Positions 14,283 through 24,900 of a stretch of 64,000 nucleotides of DNA are shown piece after piece (position 1 is the stretch's first letter; each line of letters begins with the position of its first letter). A model generated the notes under the pieces. It did no database searches. It was not told where the DNA came from and saw only the letters and a list, made by a program, of their open reading frames with translations. The translations under genes were made by a program, and so were the position numbers. The DNA comes from Phyllobates terribilis. Its lineage: Eukaryota. The stretch is taken from contig NW_027362768.1 of assembly GCF_046119375.1 (NCBI RefSeq), positions 30,566,001-30,630,000 on the forward strand, given 5' to 3'.

Positions 14283-17200
14283 ATGAGTGGAAAAAGGCCT
14301 GCTGCTGGTGGAAAGGGGAATAGGCGTGTTGGGAAGGGTAAAAAAGGTTGTGTCCGTGGGGTAGGTGCAGAAGAAAGACCATCTTCCAGCCAAACTAAAA
14401 TGTCTACTACTTTTAGCGGACAATGTAATAAGATCCCTTTCTTACGGCCACGCCAATCGCTACAAATTCCAGATGAGGCACAAAAACAGCAGGTGCTTCA
14501 ACGGATATCAAGTGCTCCTTTAAGTGGGCTCTCCTCCACATCAACTTCAACATCACAAATACTCCAGTCCTCAAAGGTGTCACCCAAATCGCACTTGCTT
14601 CCTCACAGCTCCCAAATCTCCAGCTGCCCGTCTGAGTATGAGGTAGAACAGATGGTTGAGTCTGCAGAGCTGTTTACTCATACTATAGCCTGGGAATCAG
14701 AGGTCGACTCCAGCGCTTCTGTGAATCCAGAGGAGGAAATGATCTGCACTGATGCCCAGAATCTTTATGAGTCGGATCCAGGACCAGATGCAGAAGGTTC
14801 TGACCATAATGTAGACCCTCATTCCCAAACTGTAACTCCTGTTGGTGGAGACAATGAGGAAGACGATGATAAGACTCAAATACCTGATTGGAGCGACAAC
14901 TTTAGTTTTTTGTCAGGGCAGGAACAGGTTGGCTCTGAGGACGCCGGGTGTGATAACGCACAGGGTGATGATGATGAGGTCAGAGATCCCACTTACTGTC
15001 AACCCACAGTCAGCCAAGAGATGAGGTCAGCAGAGGAGGTGGAGGAAGATGCTAGTGACGACGAGGTCAGGTTGTGCCTTCCTGGACAGAGACGTAGTAC
15101 TGGAAGCACGTCAACAGCTGCATCCTCAAACACAACTCTGCCTCTCACCACAAGTCGTGGTGGCTCTTCAGGTCGCATGGGTGCTAAGCCTTGCATAGCC
15201 TGGGCATTTTTTCAGATCGATAAAGATGACCCAACTCGTGTTATCTGTAACATTTGTCAGCAACAGCTAAGTAGAGGCCAAAAAATACATAGTTTGAGTA
15301 CTTCATGCATGAACCGGCACATGGACATGAAGCATAAGTTGCAGTGGGAAGCTCAGTGTGCTACAATGCGGTCTAGCCGGCCGGGCCAACCACCGTCTGC
15401 CATATCTTGTGCATCCGCGGCCTCTTCATCCTCTGTGACTGGGGGGACAGCAGTCACACCTGTTTTGGGGCGCAGACCTGCCACCTCTTTACCCGCAACA
15501 GCCAGCGTGATTGGCAGGTCATCATTTTCTTTGGAGGTGGTAACACCAGCTGGTCTTGAGCGCTGTCCGACATCGATAGCACCACCTTTGGATCAAGGCA
15601 ACCTAACATGTCCGCCTGCATCTTCCTCACAGACCGGCAGTTTGCCGGGGACACCCTTATCAACCCCGTCTAAGCACAATAGCCAGCCCTCGGTCCCTCA
15701 GATGTGGACAAGTAAAAGACCATTTCCTCCTAGCCATGAGAAAGCTAAGAGGTTGAATTTCACCATCTGCAAGCTCTTGGCTACAGAAATGCTGCCTTTC
15801 CGCCTGGTGGACACAGAGGATTTTCGAGACCTTATGTCCGTCGCAGTGCCCCAGTACCAGATGCCCAGTCGGCACTACTTCTCAAAGAAAGGTGTGCCTG
15901 CGCTCCACCAGCATGTCGCACACAACATCACCGCTTCTTTGAGAAACTCTGTGTGTGACAGGGTGCATTTCACCACAGACACTTGGACGAGTAGGCATGG
16001 ACAGGGGAGTTACATGTCGCTGACTGGGCACTGGGTAACTATGGTGACAGCAGGACAAGGGGCTGCTGTCCAAGTCTTGCCGTCCCCACGAGTTGTGCGT
16101 CAATCCTCTTTATGTCATTTTACCTCCACTGCTTTTGCCTCCTCAACCTCCTCTCGGTCTTCCACCTGCACCCAAAGCCTGTCTGGTCATGCCACAAGCT
16201 TTCTAACTGCGCAGAAGGGATCCTGCACACCTCCTTACTATGCTGGCAGTAGGGCTCAACGTCATCAGGCGGTTTTTACATTGAAATGTCTGGGAAATGT
16301 GAGTCACACAGCTGAGGAGTTGTGGTCAGCTCTGGAGAACCAATTTCATGAATGGTTGTCTCCACTGGACCTGAAACCAGGGAAGGCCGTGTGCGACAAT
16401 GCTGCAAACCTGGGTGCGGCCCTTCGCCGGGGCAATGTCACACACGTGCCTTGTATGGCTCACGTGTTGAACCTGGTTGTCCAGCAATTTTTAGCCCACT
16501 ATCCCAGACTAGATGGCCTTCTGCAGAGGGCACTGTCGCTGTGTGCTCACTTCCGCCGTTCGCATCCCGCAGCTCAGCGACTTACATCTCTACAGAAGTC
16601 GTTGGGCCTGCCACTTCACCGGCTAAAATGCGATGTGCCTACCCGGTGGAATTCAACTCTGCACATGTTGCAGCGACTGTGGCAGCACCGACAAGCCCTG
16701 GTGCAATACGTTCTGACGTATAGCCTGGGCCAACGAGATTCAGAGGTGGGGCAAATCACGCTGGAGGAGTGGTCTCAGATCAGGGACCTATGCACCCTTC
16801 TGCACAGTTTTGAAATGGCGACGAAGATGTTTAGTGCTGACGATGCCATTATCAGCATGACTATTCCGGTGATTTACATGCTGGAGCACATGTTAAACAG
16901 AATTCGGAGTCAGGTGGTGGCACAAGAGGAGGTGGAGGAAGTAGAGGAGGAGGAGTTGTATGCGGAAGGGCTAACATCTGCAAGGTCCAGACGGTCGGCA
17001 GCACCAGGGCGGCAGGCATGTGAGGGTGGGGGAGATGATTTTACCAGGGCGCATGGTAGCAGCCAAACTAGTGAGGAAGGTGCAGGAGCCCAGGAAGAAG
17101 TGGAGGACGAACTGATGGAAGACTCATCAGATGAGGGAGACCTTGATCACATTTCTGTTGTGCGAGGTTGGGGGGAGAGGACAGAGGAAGGAAGCATGAT

Positions 17201-17963
17201 TGTTACCTCGCCACCAACACAACAGGGACTTGGTGCTCCTGGATGCGCAACACACATGAGTGCCTTCTTGCTGCACTACCTGCAACATGACCCTCGAATT
17301 GTGAGAATTGGAAATAATCCTGACTACTGGGTTGCCACACTGTTAGATCCCCGGTACAAAAGTAAATTTGCAGAAATTATTCCTGCCATAGAAAGGGATG
17401 CACGCATGCAGGAGTATCAGCAGAGACTGTTGCAGAATCTTACATGTGCTTTTCCACAAAATACCAGTGGTGCACGTAGTGAATCTCACAGTTCCAACTT
17501 GCCAAACGTGGGACTGTCAAGTGTTCAGCACTCAAACCGTAACAGAACCACAGTATCTGCTGGTAACATCAATTTTGCGGAATCATTTCACCACTTTTTT
17601 ATCCCATCCTTTGCAAGGCCACAGGAGACAAGAAGTCTGACACATAGTCAACGCCTAGAGACGATGGTACAGGAGTATCTCCAAGTAAACCTTGAAGCCA
17701 CGACTGTGTCACTGGACCCTTGCTCTTTTTGGGCTTCCAATCTGGATAAATGGCCGGAGCTAGCCACTTACGCCTTGGAGATCTTGTCATGCCCCGCAGC
17801 CAGCGTTCTGTCTGAACGTGTGTTCAGCGCTGCTGGTGGTGTGCTGACAGATAAGCGCACGCGGCTCTCCACTGATAATGTAGACAGACTCACGTTCATA
17901 AAGATGAACAAATCATGGATCCGAAACGACTTTTCTACCCCTGTGTCATCCTGGGGAGAGTAA
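14283..17963 (+). CDS. Intact hAT-superfamily transposase (ZBED-like), 1226 aa
   Basis: Acidic low-complexity N-terminus; BED zinc finger (WAFF..CNIC..HMDMKH); TTDTWTS, VCDNAAN, CMAH (CxxH), DVPTRWNST; C-terminal dimerisation motif CPAASVLSERVFSAAGG. No stops or frameshifts. Confidence 0.95.
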   Translation: MSGKRPAAGGKGNRRVGKGKKGCVRGVGAEERPSSSQTKMSTTFSGQCNKIPFLRPRQSLQIPDEAQKQQVLQRISSAPLSGLSSTSTSTSQILQSSKVSPKSHLLPHSSQISSCPSEYEVEQMVESAELFTHTIAWESEVDSSASVNPEEEMICTDAQNLYESDPGPDAEGSDHNVDPHSQTVTPVGGDNEEDDDKTQIPDWSDNFSFLSGQEQVGSEDAGCDNAQGDDDEVRDPTYCQPTVSQEMRSAEEVEEDASDDEVRLCLPGQRRSTGSTSTAASSNTTLPLTTSRGGSSGRMGAKPCIAWAFFQIDKDDPTRVICNICQQQLSRGQKIHSLSTSCMNRHMDMKHKLQWEAQCATMRSSRPGQPPSAISCASAASSSSVTGGTAVTPVLGRRPATSLPATASVIGRSSFSLEVVTPAGLERCPTSIAPPLDQGNLTCPPASSSQTGSLPGTPLSTPSKHNSQPSVPQMWTSKRPFPPSHEKAKRLNFTICKLLATEMLPFRLVDTEDFRDLMSVAVPQYQMPSRHYFSKKGVPALHQHVAHNITASLRNSVCDRVHFTTDTWTSRHGQGSYMSLTGHWVTMVTAGQGAAVQVLPSPRVVRQSSLCHFTSTAFASSTSSRSSTCTQSLSGHATSFLTAQKGSCTPPYYAGSRAQRHQAVFTLKCLGNVSHTAEELWSALENQFHEWLSPLDLKPGKAVCDNAANLGAALRRGNVTHVPCMAHVLNLVVQQFLAHYPRLDGLLQRALSLCAHFRRSHPAAQRLTSLQKSLGLPLHRLKCDVPTRWNSTLHMLQRLWQHRQALVQYVLTYSLGQRDSEVGQITLEEWSQIRDLCTLLHSFEMATKMFSADDAIISMTIPVIYMLEHMLNRIRSQVVAQEEVEEVEEEELYAEGLTSARSRRSAAPGRQACEGGGDDFTRAHGSSQTSEEGAGAQEEVEDELMEDSSDEGDLDHISVVRGWGERTEEGSMIVTSPPTQQGLGAPGCATHMSAFLLHYLQHDPRIVRIGNNPDYWVATLLDPRYKSKFAEIIPAIERDARMQEYQQRLLQNLTCAFPQNTSGARSESHSSNLPNVGLSSVQHSNRNRTTVSAGNINFAESFHHFFIPSFARPQETRSLTHSQRLETMVQEYLQVNLEATTVSLDPCSFWASNLDKWPELATYALEILSCPAASVLSERVFSAAGGVLTDKRTRLSTDNVDRLTFIKMNKSWIRNDFSTPVSSWGE

Positions 17964-18039
17964 AAGCTTGATGATTGGTTAAAATCACCCTACCAACCGT
18001 TTTAAGCTTTCAAATTACTAATCATGTTTATCTGTATCT

Positions 18040-18288
18040 TGACTGGAAAATAATTTGGGCTTTGTAGCAGTGTGCAGCACTGATCCTATTAGGCCATCTA
18101 TAATAAGCTTCACCAGATTTAAAATTAAAAATAATTTTTAGCTGCATCTAGCCCGGAAAATAATTTTGGGGCTCCGAGATGCGCAAGACACATAAGTGCC
18201 TTCTTGCTGCACTACCTGCAGCATGACCCTCATATTGTCAGAATTCGAAGTAATCATGACTACTGGGTTGCCACACTCTTAGATCCCC
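18040..18288 (+). pseudogene. Cargo: diverged single 110-bp unit followed by a relic fragment of a related hAT transposase
   Basis: 18040-18172 resembles the upstream tandem unit. 18177-18288 parallels 17241-17350 (SAFLLHYLQHDP..DYWVATLLDP). The relic resumes at 19663-19731, paralleling 17442-17510. Confidence 0.85.
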
Positions 18289-19662
18289 CAAACTTTTCGA
18301 TCAACCTTTTCATTTTAATAAAGACCAAAAAAATGGTCATTTTTGAAATTATAAGCATTAGCAGGTTGTTAGAAACTGAAATCAAACAGTTTTTAACTCA
18401 AAACTTTATTCTAGGTGATGTTACATTTTCACATAGGACCCCTTGTTCGAAAGGAGCTTCTGAACTCTCTCGTCCATTGAATTTGTCAGGTTTTGGATGG
18501 TTTCTGCTTCAATTGTTTTGCATGAGGACAGAATACCCTCCCAGAGCTGTTGCTTAGATGTGAACTGCCTCCCGCCATCATAGACACTCCTTTTAATGAT
18601 GCTCCAAAGGTTCTGAATGGGGTACAGGTCAGGGGAGCATGGGGGTCACACCATAAGTTTGTCCCCTTTTATGCCCATATCAGCCAGAGATGCAGATGTT
18701 TTATGTGCAGCATGAGATGGTGCATTATCATGCAGAAAAATGATCTTGCTGTGAAATACACGGTTCTTCTTCTTGAACCATGGCAGGAAGTGCTGTTTGA
18801 GAAAATCCACATACATTATGGAGTTCATCTTTAGCGCCTTCAGGGATCCTAAAGGGGCCGACAATCTCTCTCCCCATGATTCCAGCCCAAAACATTACTC
18901 CACCTCCTCCTTGTTGGCGCTGTAGCCGTGTTTGCGTGGGGTGTCCATCAACCAGCCATCCTCCACTCCATTCATCTGGACCATCGAGCGCTGCACGGCA
19001 CTCATCCGTGAACAAAACAGTTTTGAAATCAGTCTTCATGTAATGTTTGGCCCACTGGAGCCGTTTCTGCTTGTGTGAAGTGGATAGAGGAGGTCGACAG
19101 GATGGCGTATGCACAGCTGCAAACCTCTGAAGGACCCTGCATCTTGTTGTTCGGGGGACGTTGGAGGCACAAGCAGCTTCAAAAACTTGTCTGCTGCTAT
19201 GACAAGGCTTTTTTGCCGCTGCTCTTTCAACCTGACGTAATTGCCTGTAGGAAAGAGTCCTCAATTTGCCCTTATCAGCACGCACACGTGTGTACTGTGA
19301 ATCAGCTACATACTTCTTGATTGCCAAGACACTTCATCCTGATCATCGCACAATGTTGATTGTAGTCATGCCTTGACCTAAACACTCCACAATTTGTTGC
19401 TTCTCAGCAGCCGACACATCCTTTTTCTTTCCCATTTTGGCAGAAAATGTAGGCTACTTAATAATGTGAGACAGCCTTCTTAAGTAGTCTTGCCTTTCAT
19501 TGGACACACCTGCCAAACTAATTAGCACAGGTGTCTGCAATTGCTTACAGTGATATAAAGAGCCCTGACACACATCACCATCAATGAGTTTAACTGACAA
19601 ACAAACAAATTCTTCCCTTATCACTCCTAAACACTTTTTGCATAATAATTTGGAACGCGGTG
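18289..19662 (-). mobile_element. Cargo: dead Tc1 element (also 25493-26866 in A and 54398-55771 in C)
   Basis: TA + CACCGCGTTCCAAATTATTATGCA terminus at 19662; MGKKKDVSAAEK start near 19435; FTDECR, VMFWAGI, HDNAPSH motifs. The third catalytic motif reads SPDLYPIQNLWS (E>Q); frameshifted; other end truncated. Confidence 0.92.
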
Positions 19663-19734
19663 TACATGTGCTTTTCCACAAAACACCAGTGGTTCACGTA
19701 GTGAATCTTACAGTTCTAACTTGCCAACCGTGGT

Positions 19735-21555
19735 CTGTATGGAATTGTTCAATAAAGGGCCCAAAATTAAGATAACATAGATGGGAGAGGTCTCTATGAA
19801 TAGGAATTCCTAAGTATTTGATACCCTGTGAGGGCCAGGCAAAGGGAAAGTTGGACTGGATGGAATCCTATATGGATTTAGGGAGGGAGACATCGAGGGC
19901 CTCAGACTTCGCTGCATTGATTTTAAAATTTTACCATGTAACAAAGTGATCTATTTCAGCCATAACAGCAGGGATGGATATATGTGATTGAGTGATATAT
20001 ACTAGGACATCATCAGCAAATAGAGAGCACTTGTACTCGGTGCCTCCCACCTCAATCCACCTAATATTGGGGTTATGGCGAATTGATGAGAGCAGGTGCT
20101 CCGTCACTAGGATGTATAAGAGAGGGGACAGAGGACATCCCTGCCTTGTCCCATTGGTGATTGTGAAAGGTGATGAAAATGTTCTGACGCACCCCCTGGG
20201 CCTTGGGACACCCGGAGCCGGACCCTTTTTGGTGGATGCTGGTGGTTGTAGTCTTCGTGGCGGCGATCCGGTTCCGTGGCTCAGGGCGGTCAAACCAGTG
20301 GCGGAACTATTTATGTGGTTTTGATGTTTAAATGTCCGACTACGCCACCCGTGGATTGCGGTCAGAGTGAACCGCCGCTACAGGGCAGACCGCTAAGGCT
20401 GGTGTTGTGGGTGCAGCAGAGCGTAGCATAACTCCCCACGGGAGGAGTATAGCCTCAGGGCAGTGTATGCGGAGGATGGGGGTGATGGTGCAGGGCAGCA
20501 GCAGTAACGACACGGAGTCAGTGATGCAGTTCAGGGCCTTTACTCACAGTTCTTATTATCCAGACCACGTCTGCAGGTAACGGCTGCCCACGTCGTACTG
20601 TGCTCACCAGGTGAGGGGCTCAGACAACTCCCAGATAACTTTGGAGCGCTTCACAGGACCCCCTTTGTGTGTCCTTTGTCTGGCCTTTCTTACCAACACT
20701 TCTGTCCGGCTGCCTCGGGCCTCCTCTTGGTAAACTTGGCGCCAGTTTCCCTGACCCTATGTGGTGCCTTCCTAGCGGGTGGAGCAAGGGGCTGCGCCAC
20801 ATAAAATGTCAGAGCCTCCGGTTTCTAGCTGAGGGTCGTTTCCTGCCTCCACTAGTTCGGGGACCGGTCTCCCCCTTTGGCCTGACCCCTCCACGCAGGT
20901 GGATTCGGGCGTGCGGTGGCGACTCGCCCGTCCGCACCCCTGGGATCCCTTCATTCCTCGTTCCTGGAGCCTTCTCCGCTCCTCTTCCTTCCTTCTCCCT
21001 CTTGCAGGCCTGGGACTCTGTTACTAGGCCCGCCTCCGGAGCAGAGCTCATGCAGAGCCCCTGCTCCCTGCCACTTCTGCTCAGACTTCTCTGCACTGAA
21101 CTAAGATGGTGCCCACCTTTTATACTCCCTTCTCAATGCACCCAGGAACTGCTTCCTCCCTGCTCCTGCACTGCAGGGTTCCCCTTCCTCAGTGTTCCCT
21201 CCCCCCACTCCAGCCAGGGACAGGGACTGTCGTGCCCATCTCAGGGGCATATTGGTCGCCCTGCCCCACGGCAATGTGGTGTAATGCATGCAGGTGTCGG
21301 GTCCTGATCCACACTCCATCCTTATCTGAGAGTGAGATATCACACCTCTGGGTGAGGTGCAATACGTCTGTAGCAACCGAGCCCTCGGTGCTACAGTTCC
21401 ATTTATCTTCAGCCTAGGTGACGTATTGTGATACAGGGCCGTGATTTTGGCTATAAAAGGGTCCCCTAGACCCCTACCCCAAGCTTTTTAAGAGAATCAT
21501 ATATGGCGTGCCAGGAGACTCTATGGAATGCTTTCTCAGCATCCAACGAGAGTAT
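19735..21555 (-). mobile_element. Cargo: L1/Tx1-clade reverse transcriptase fragment split by a solo LTR
   Basis: Removing 20185-21395 restores LSLDAEKAFHRVSW...DPFIAKITALYHNTSPRLKINGTFSSPFTITNGTRQGCPLSPLLY...LFADDV...KYLGI. Present in all three copies. Confidence 0.9.
20185..21395. mobile_element. Cargo: solo LTR-like element (also 27389-28586 in A and 56294-57400 in C)
   Basis: Termini TGACGCACC...GGTGCTACA (TG..CA, imperfect short inverted repeat); 4-bp TSD GTTC at 20181-20184 and 21396-21399. Confidence 0.85.
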
Positions 21556-21666
21556 CTGCTTACAAATTTTTAACTGCATCTAGCCCAGGAAATACTTTGT
21601 GCCTAGTAGCAGTGTCTGCTAGTCAGCGGATTATCCCGGCTGTTAAGCAAGCTACACCACCTGTAG

Positions 21667-21937
21667 TTTGGACACTTGATTTTTTCAAAGGAAATGCTTC
21701 GGGACCACGGGATACTTAGTGAAGAGCATCAGGAGGCACCCCAAGGCATAGAGGCTGGGACTGGCACTAGGATGCCTTGCGGTGGACAGCCGAGCTCGAT
21801 CCTTATAAAAGCTTTTTAACTGCAGCAGCTTTAGTGGACGCTACTGGAGCTGGAATTACGCGGCTGCTGGCATGAGACTTGCCCTCCAATAGATCCTTGT
21901 AAATGGATTTAAAGTGTATTCATTCAAATTAGAGGGA
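21667..21937 (-). pseudogene. Cargo: degraded 18S rRNA fragment, copy B
   Basis: GCTTTTTAACTGCAGCA..CGCTACTGGAGCTGGAATTACGCGGCTGCTGGCA..AGACTTGCCCTCCAAT.GATCCT..GGATTTAAAGTG is the reverse complement of the universally conserved SSU segment around GTGCCAGCAGCCGCGGTAA. Similarity continues through V4 to TTTGAAAAAAT. About 85% identity in the core by eye, against a remembered vertebrate 18S. Confidence 0.9.
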
Positions 21938-24900
21938 CAATTTAAATTAAAAAGCTTAGAGCTGCCTCCACCACAGGGGGGCTCGCTCGACCCACCAGCG
22001 GACAGGCACCAGTATTGGGAGAGGGGGGCTGGCCGTCAGGGTTCACCGCGGCTCTGGCACAAACCCGGCGACACGGAGGTGGCACGGGCAGGAGCGGACT
22101 GGCCGTCTCGGCTTCTCACTTTTTGGATTTTAGAAGGGCATGACATGCCTATATCTGTGTCTCCCCCTCCTTTTACTCCTCCACCTCTTTTCTTTTCGCA
22201 TGACTATATGTACTTGTCACTTTTCCATGTGTTAGTTGTGTCTTCTGAGCAGTTTGTCAGCTTTTGGACACCTTTGAAGGTGTTTTCTATGTGTTTCTAT
22301 GTGTTTTTGTTTGCCTGCCATTGGTTTTAACGGTGTTCGAAGGTGTTCGACGAACAGTTCGACGAACAGTTCGGCGAACACACGGGTGTTCGACGAACCG
22401 AACCGAACTCGAACACTACGGGGGTGGCTCAACACTACTCGTGTTATCTGTAACATTTGTCAGCAAAAGCTAAGTAGAGGCCAAAAAATACATAGTTTGA
22501 GTACTTCATGCATGAACCGGCACATGGACATGAAGCATAAGTTGCAGTGGGAAGCTCAGTGTGCTACAATGCGGCCTAGCCGGCCGGGCCAACCACCGTC
22601 TGCCATATCTTGTGCATCCGCGGCCTCTTCATCCTCTGTGACTGGGGGGACAGCAGTCACACCTGTTTTGAGGCGCAGACCTGCCACCTCTTTACCCGCA
22701 ACAGCCAGCGTGATTGGCAGGTCATCATTTTCTTTGGAGGTGGTAACACCAGCTGGTGTTGAGCGCTGTCCGACATCGATAGCACCACCTTTGGATCAAG
22801 GCAACCTAACATGTCTGCCTGCATCTTCCTCACAGATCGGCAGTTTGCCGGGGACACCCTTATCAACCCCGTCTAAGCACAATAGCCAGCCCTCGGTCCC
22901 TCAGATGTGGACAAGTAAAAGACCATTTCCTCCTAGCCATGAGAAGGCTAAGAGGTTGAATTTAACCATCTGCAAGCTCTTGGCTACAGAAATGCTGCCT
23001 TTCCGCCTGGTGGACACAGAGGATTTTCGAGACCTTATGTCCGTCGCAGTGCCCCAGTACCAGATGCCCAGTCGGCACTACTTCTCAAAGAAAGGTGTGC
23101 CTGCGCTCCACCAGCATGTCGCACACAACATCACCGCTTCTTTGAGAAACTCTGTGTGTGACAGGGTGCATTTCACCACAGACACTTGGACGAGTAGGCA
23201 TGGACAGGGGCGTTACATGTCGCTGACTGGGCACTGGGTAACTATGGTGACAGCAGGACAAGGGGCTGCTGTCCAAGTCTTGCCGTCCCCACGAGTTGTG
23301 CGTCAATCCTCTTTATGTCAAAGTTCCTCCACTGCTTCTGCCTCCTCAACCTCCTCTCGGTCTTCCACCTGCACCCAAAGCCTGTCTGGTCATGCCACAA
23401 GCTTTCTAACTGCGCAGAAGGGATCGTGCACACCTCCTTACTATGCTGGCAGTAGGGCTCAACGTCATCAGGCGGTTTTTACATTGAAATGTCTGGGAAA
23501 TGTGAGTCACACAGCTGAGTAGTTGTGGTCAGCTCTGGAGAACCAATTTCATGAATGGTTGTCTCCACTGGACCTGAAACCAGGGAAGGCCGTGTGCGAC
23601 AATGCTGCAAACCTGGGTGCGGCCCTTCGCCGGGGCAATGTCACACACGTGCCTTGTATGGCTCACGTGTTGAACCTGGTTGTCCAGCAATTTTTAGCCC
23701 ACTATCCCAGACTAGATGGCCTTCTGCAGAGGGCACGGTCGCTGTGTGCTCACTTCCGCCGTTCGCATCCCGCAGCTCAGCGACTTACATCTCTACAGAA
23801 GTCGTTGGGCCTGCCACTTCACCGGCTAAAATTCGATGTGCCTACCCGGTGGAATTCAACTCTGCACATGTTGCAGCGACTGTGGCAGCACCGACAAGCC
23901 CTGGTGCAATACGTTCTGACGTATAGCCTGGGCCAACGAGATTCAGAGGTGGGGCAAATCACGCTGGAGGAGTGGTCTCAGATCAGGGACCTATGCACCC
24001 TTCTGCACAGTTTTGAAATGGCGACGAAGATGTTTAGTGCTGACGATGCCATTATCAGCATGACTATTCCGGTGATTTACATGCTGGAGCACATGTTAAA
24101 CAGAATTCGGAGTCAGGTGGTGGCACAAGAGGAGGTGGAGGAAGTAGAGGAGGAGGAGTTGTATGCGGAAGGGCTAACATCTGCAAGGTCCAGACGGTCG
24201 GCAGCACCAAGGCGGCAGGCATGTGAGGGTGGGGGAGATGGTTTCACCAGGGCGCATGGTAGCAGCCAAACTAGTGAGGAAGGTGCAGGAGCCCAGGAAG
24301 AAGTGGAGGACGAACTGATGGAAGACTCATCAGATGAGGGAGACCTTGATCACATTTCTGTTGTGCGAGGTTGGGGGGAGAGGACAGAGGAAGGAAGCAT
24401 GATTGTTACCTCGCCACCAACACAACAGGGACTTGGTGCTCCTGGATGCGCAACACACATGAGTGCCTTCTTGCTGCACTACCTGCAACATGACCCTCAA
24501 ATTGTGAGAATTAGAAATAATCCTGACTACTGGGTTGCCACACTGTTAGATCCCCGGTACAAAAGTAAATTTGCAGAAATTATTCCTGCCATAGAAAGGG
24601 ATGCACGCATGCAGGAGTATCAGCAGAGACTGTTGCAGAATCTTACATGTGCTTTTCCACAAAATACCAGTGGTGCACGTAGTGAATCTCACAGTTCCAA
24701 CTTGCCAACCGTGGGACCGTCAAGTGTTCAGCATTCAAACCGTAACAGAACCACAGTATCTGCTGGTAACATCAATTTTGCGGAATCATTTCACCACTTT
24801 TTTAGCCCATCCTTTGCAAGGCCACAGGAGACAAGAAGTCTGACACATATTCAACGCCTAGAGACGATGGTACAGGAGTATCTCCAAGTAAACATTGAAG

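Larger units (their letters stand above)
11204..22437 (+). mobile_element. Composite hAT transposon copy B, complete, 11,234 bp
   Basis: Imperfect TIRs TAGAGATGAGC / GCTCAACACTA; perfect 8-bp TSD CTCGTGTT at 11196-11203 and 22438-22445. Confidence 0.97.

Noticed and set aside
21667-21937. Functional rRNA gene
   Set aside because: About 270 bp only, with substitutions and indels in universally conserved positions; treated as a pseudogene fragment.
22299-22437. N-terminus of the 407-aa ORF 22299-23522
   Set aside because: Chance read-through from copy B's right end into copy A's transposase; not a real protein start.
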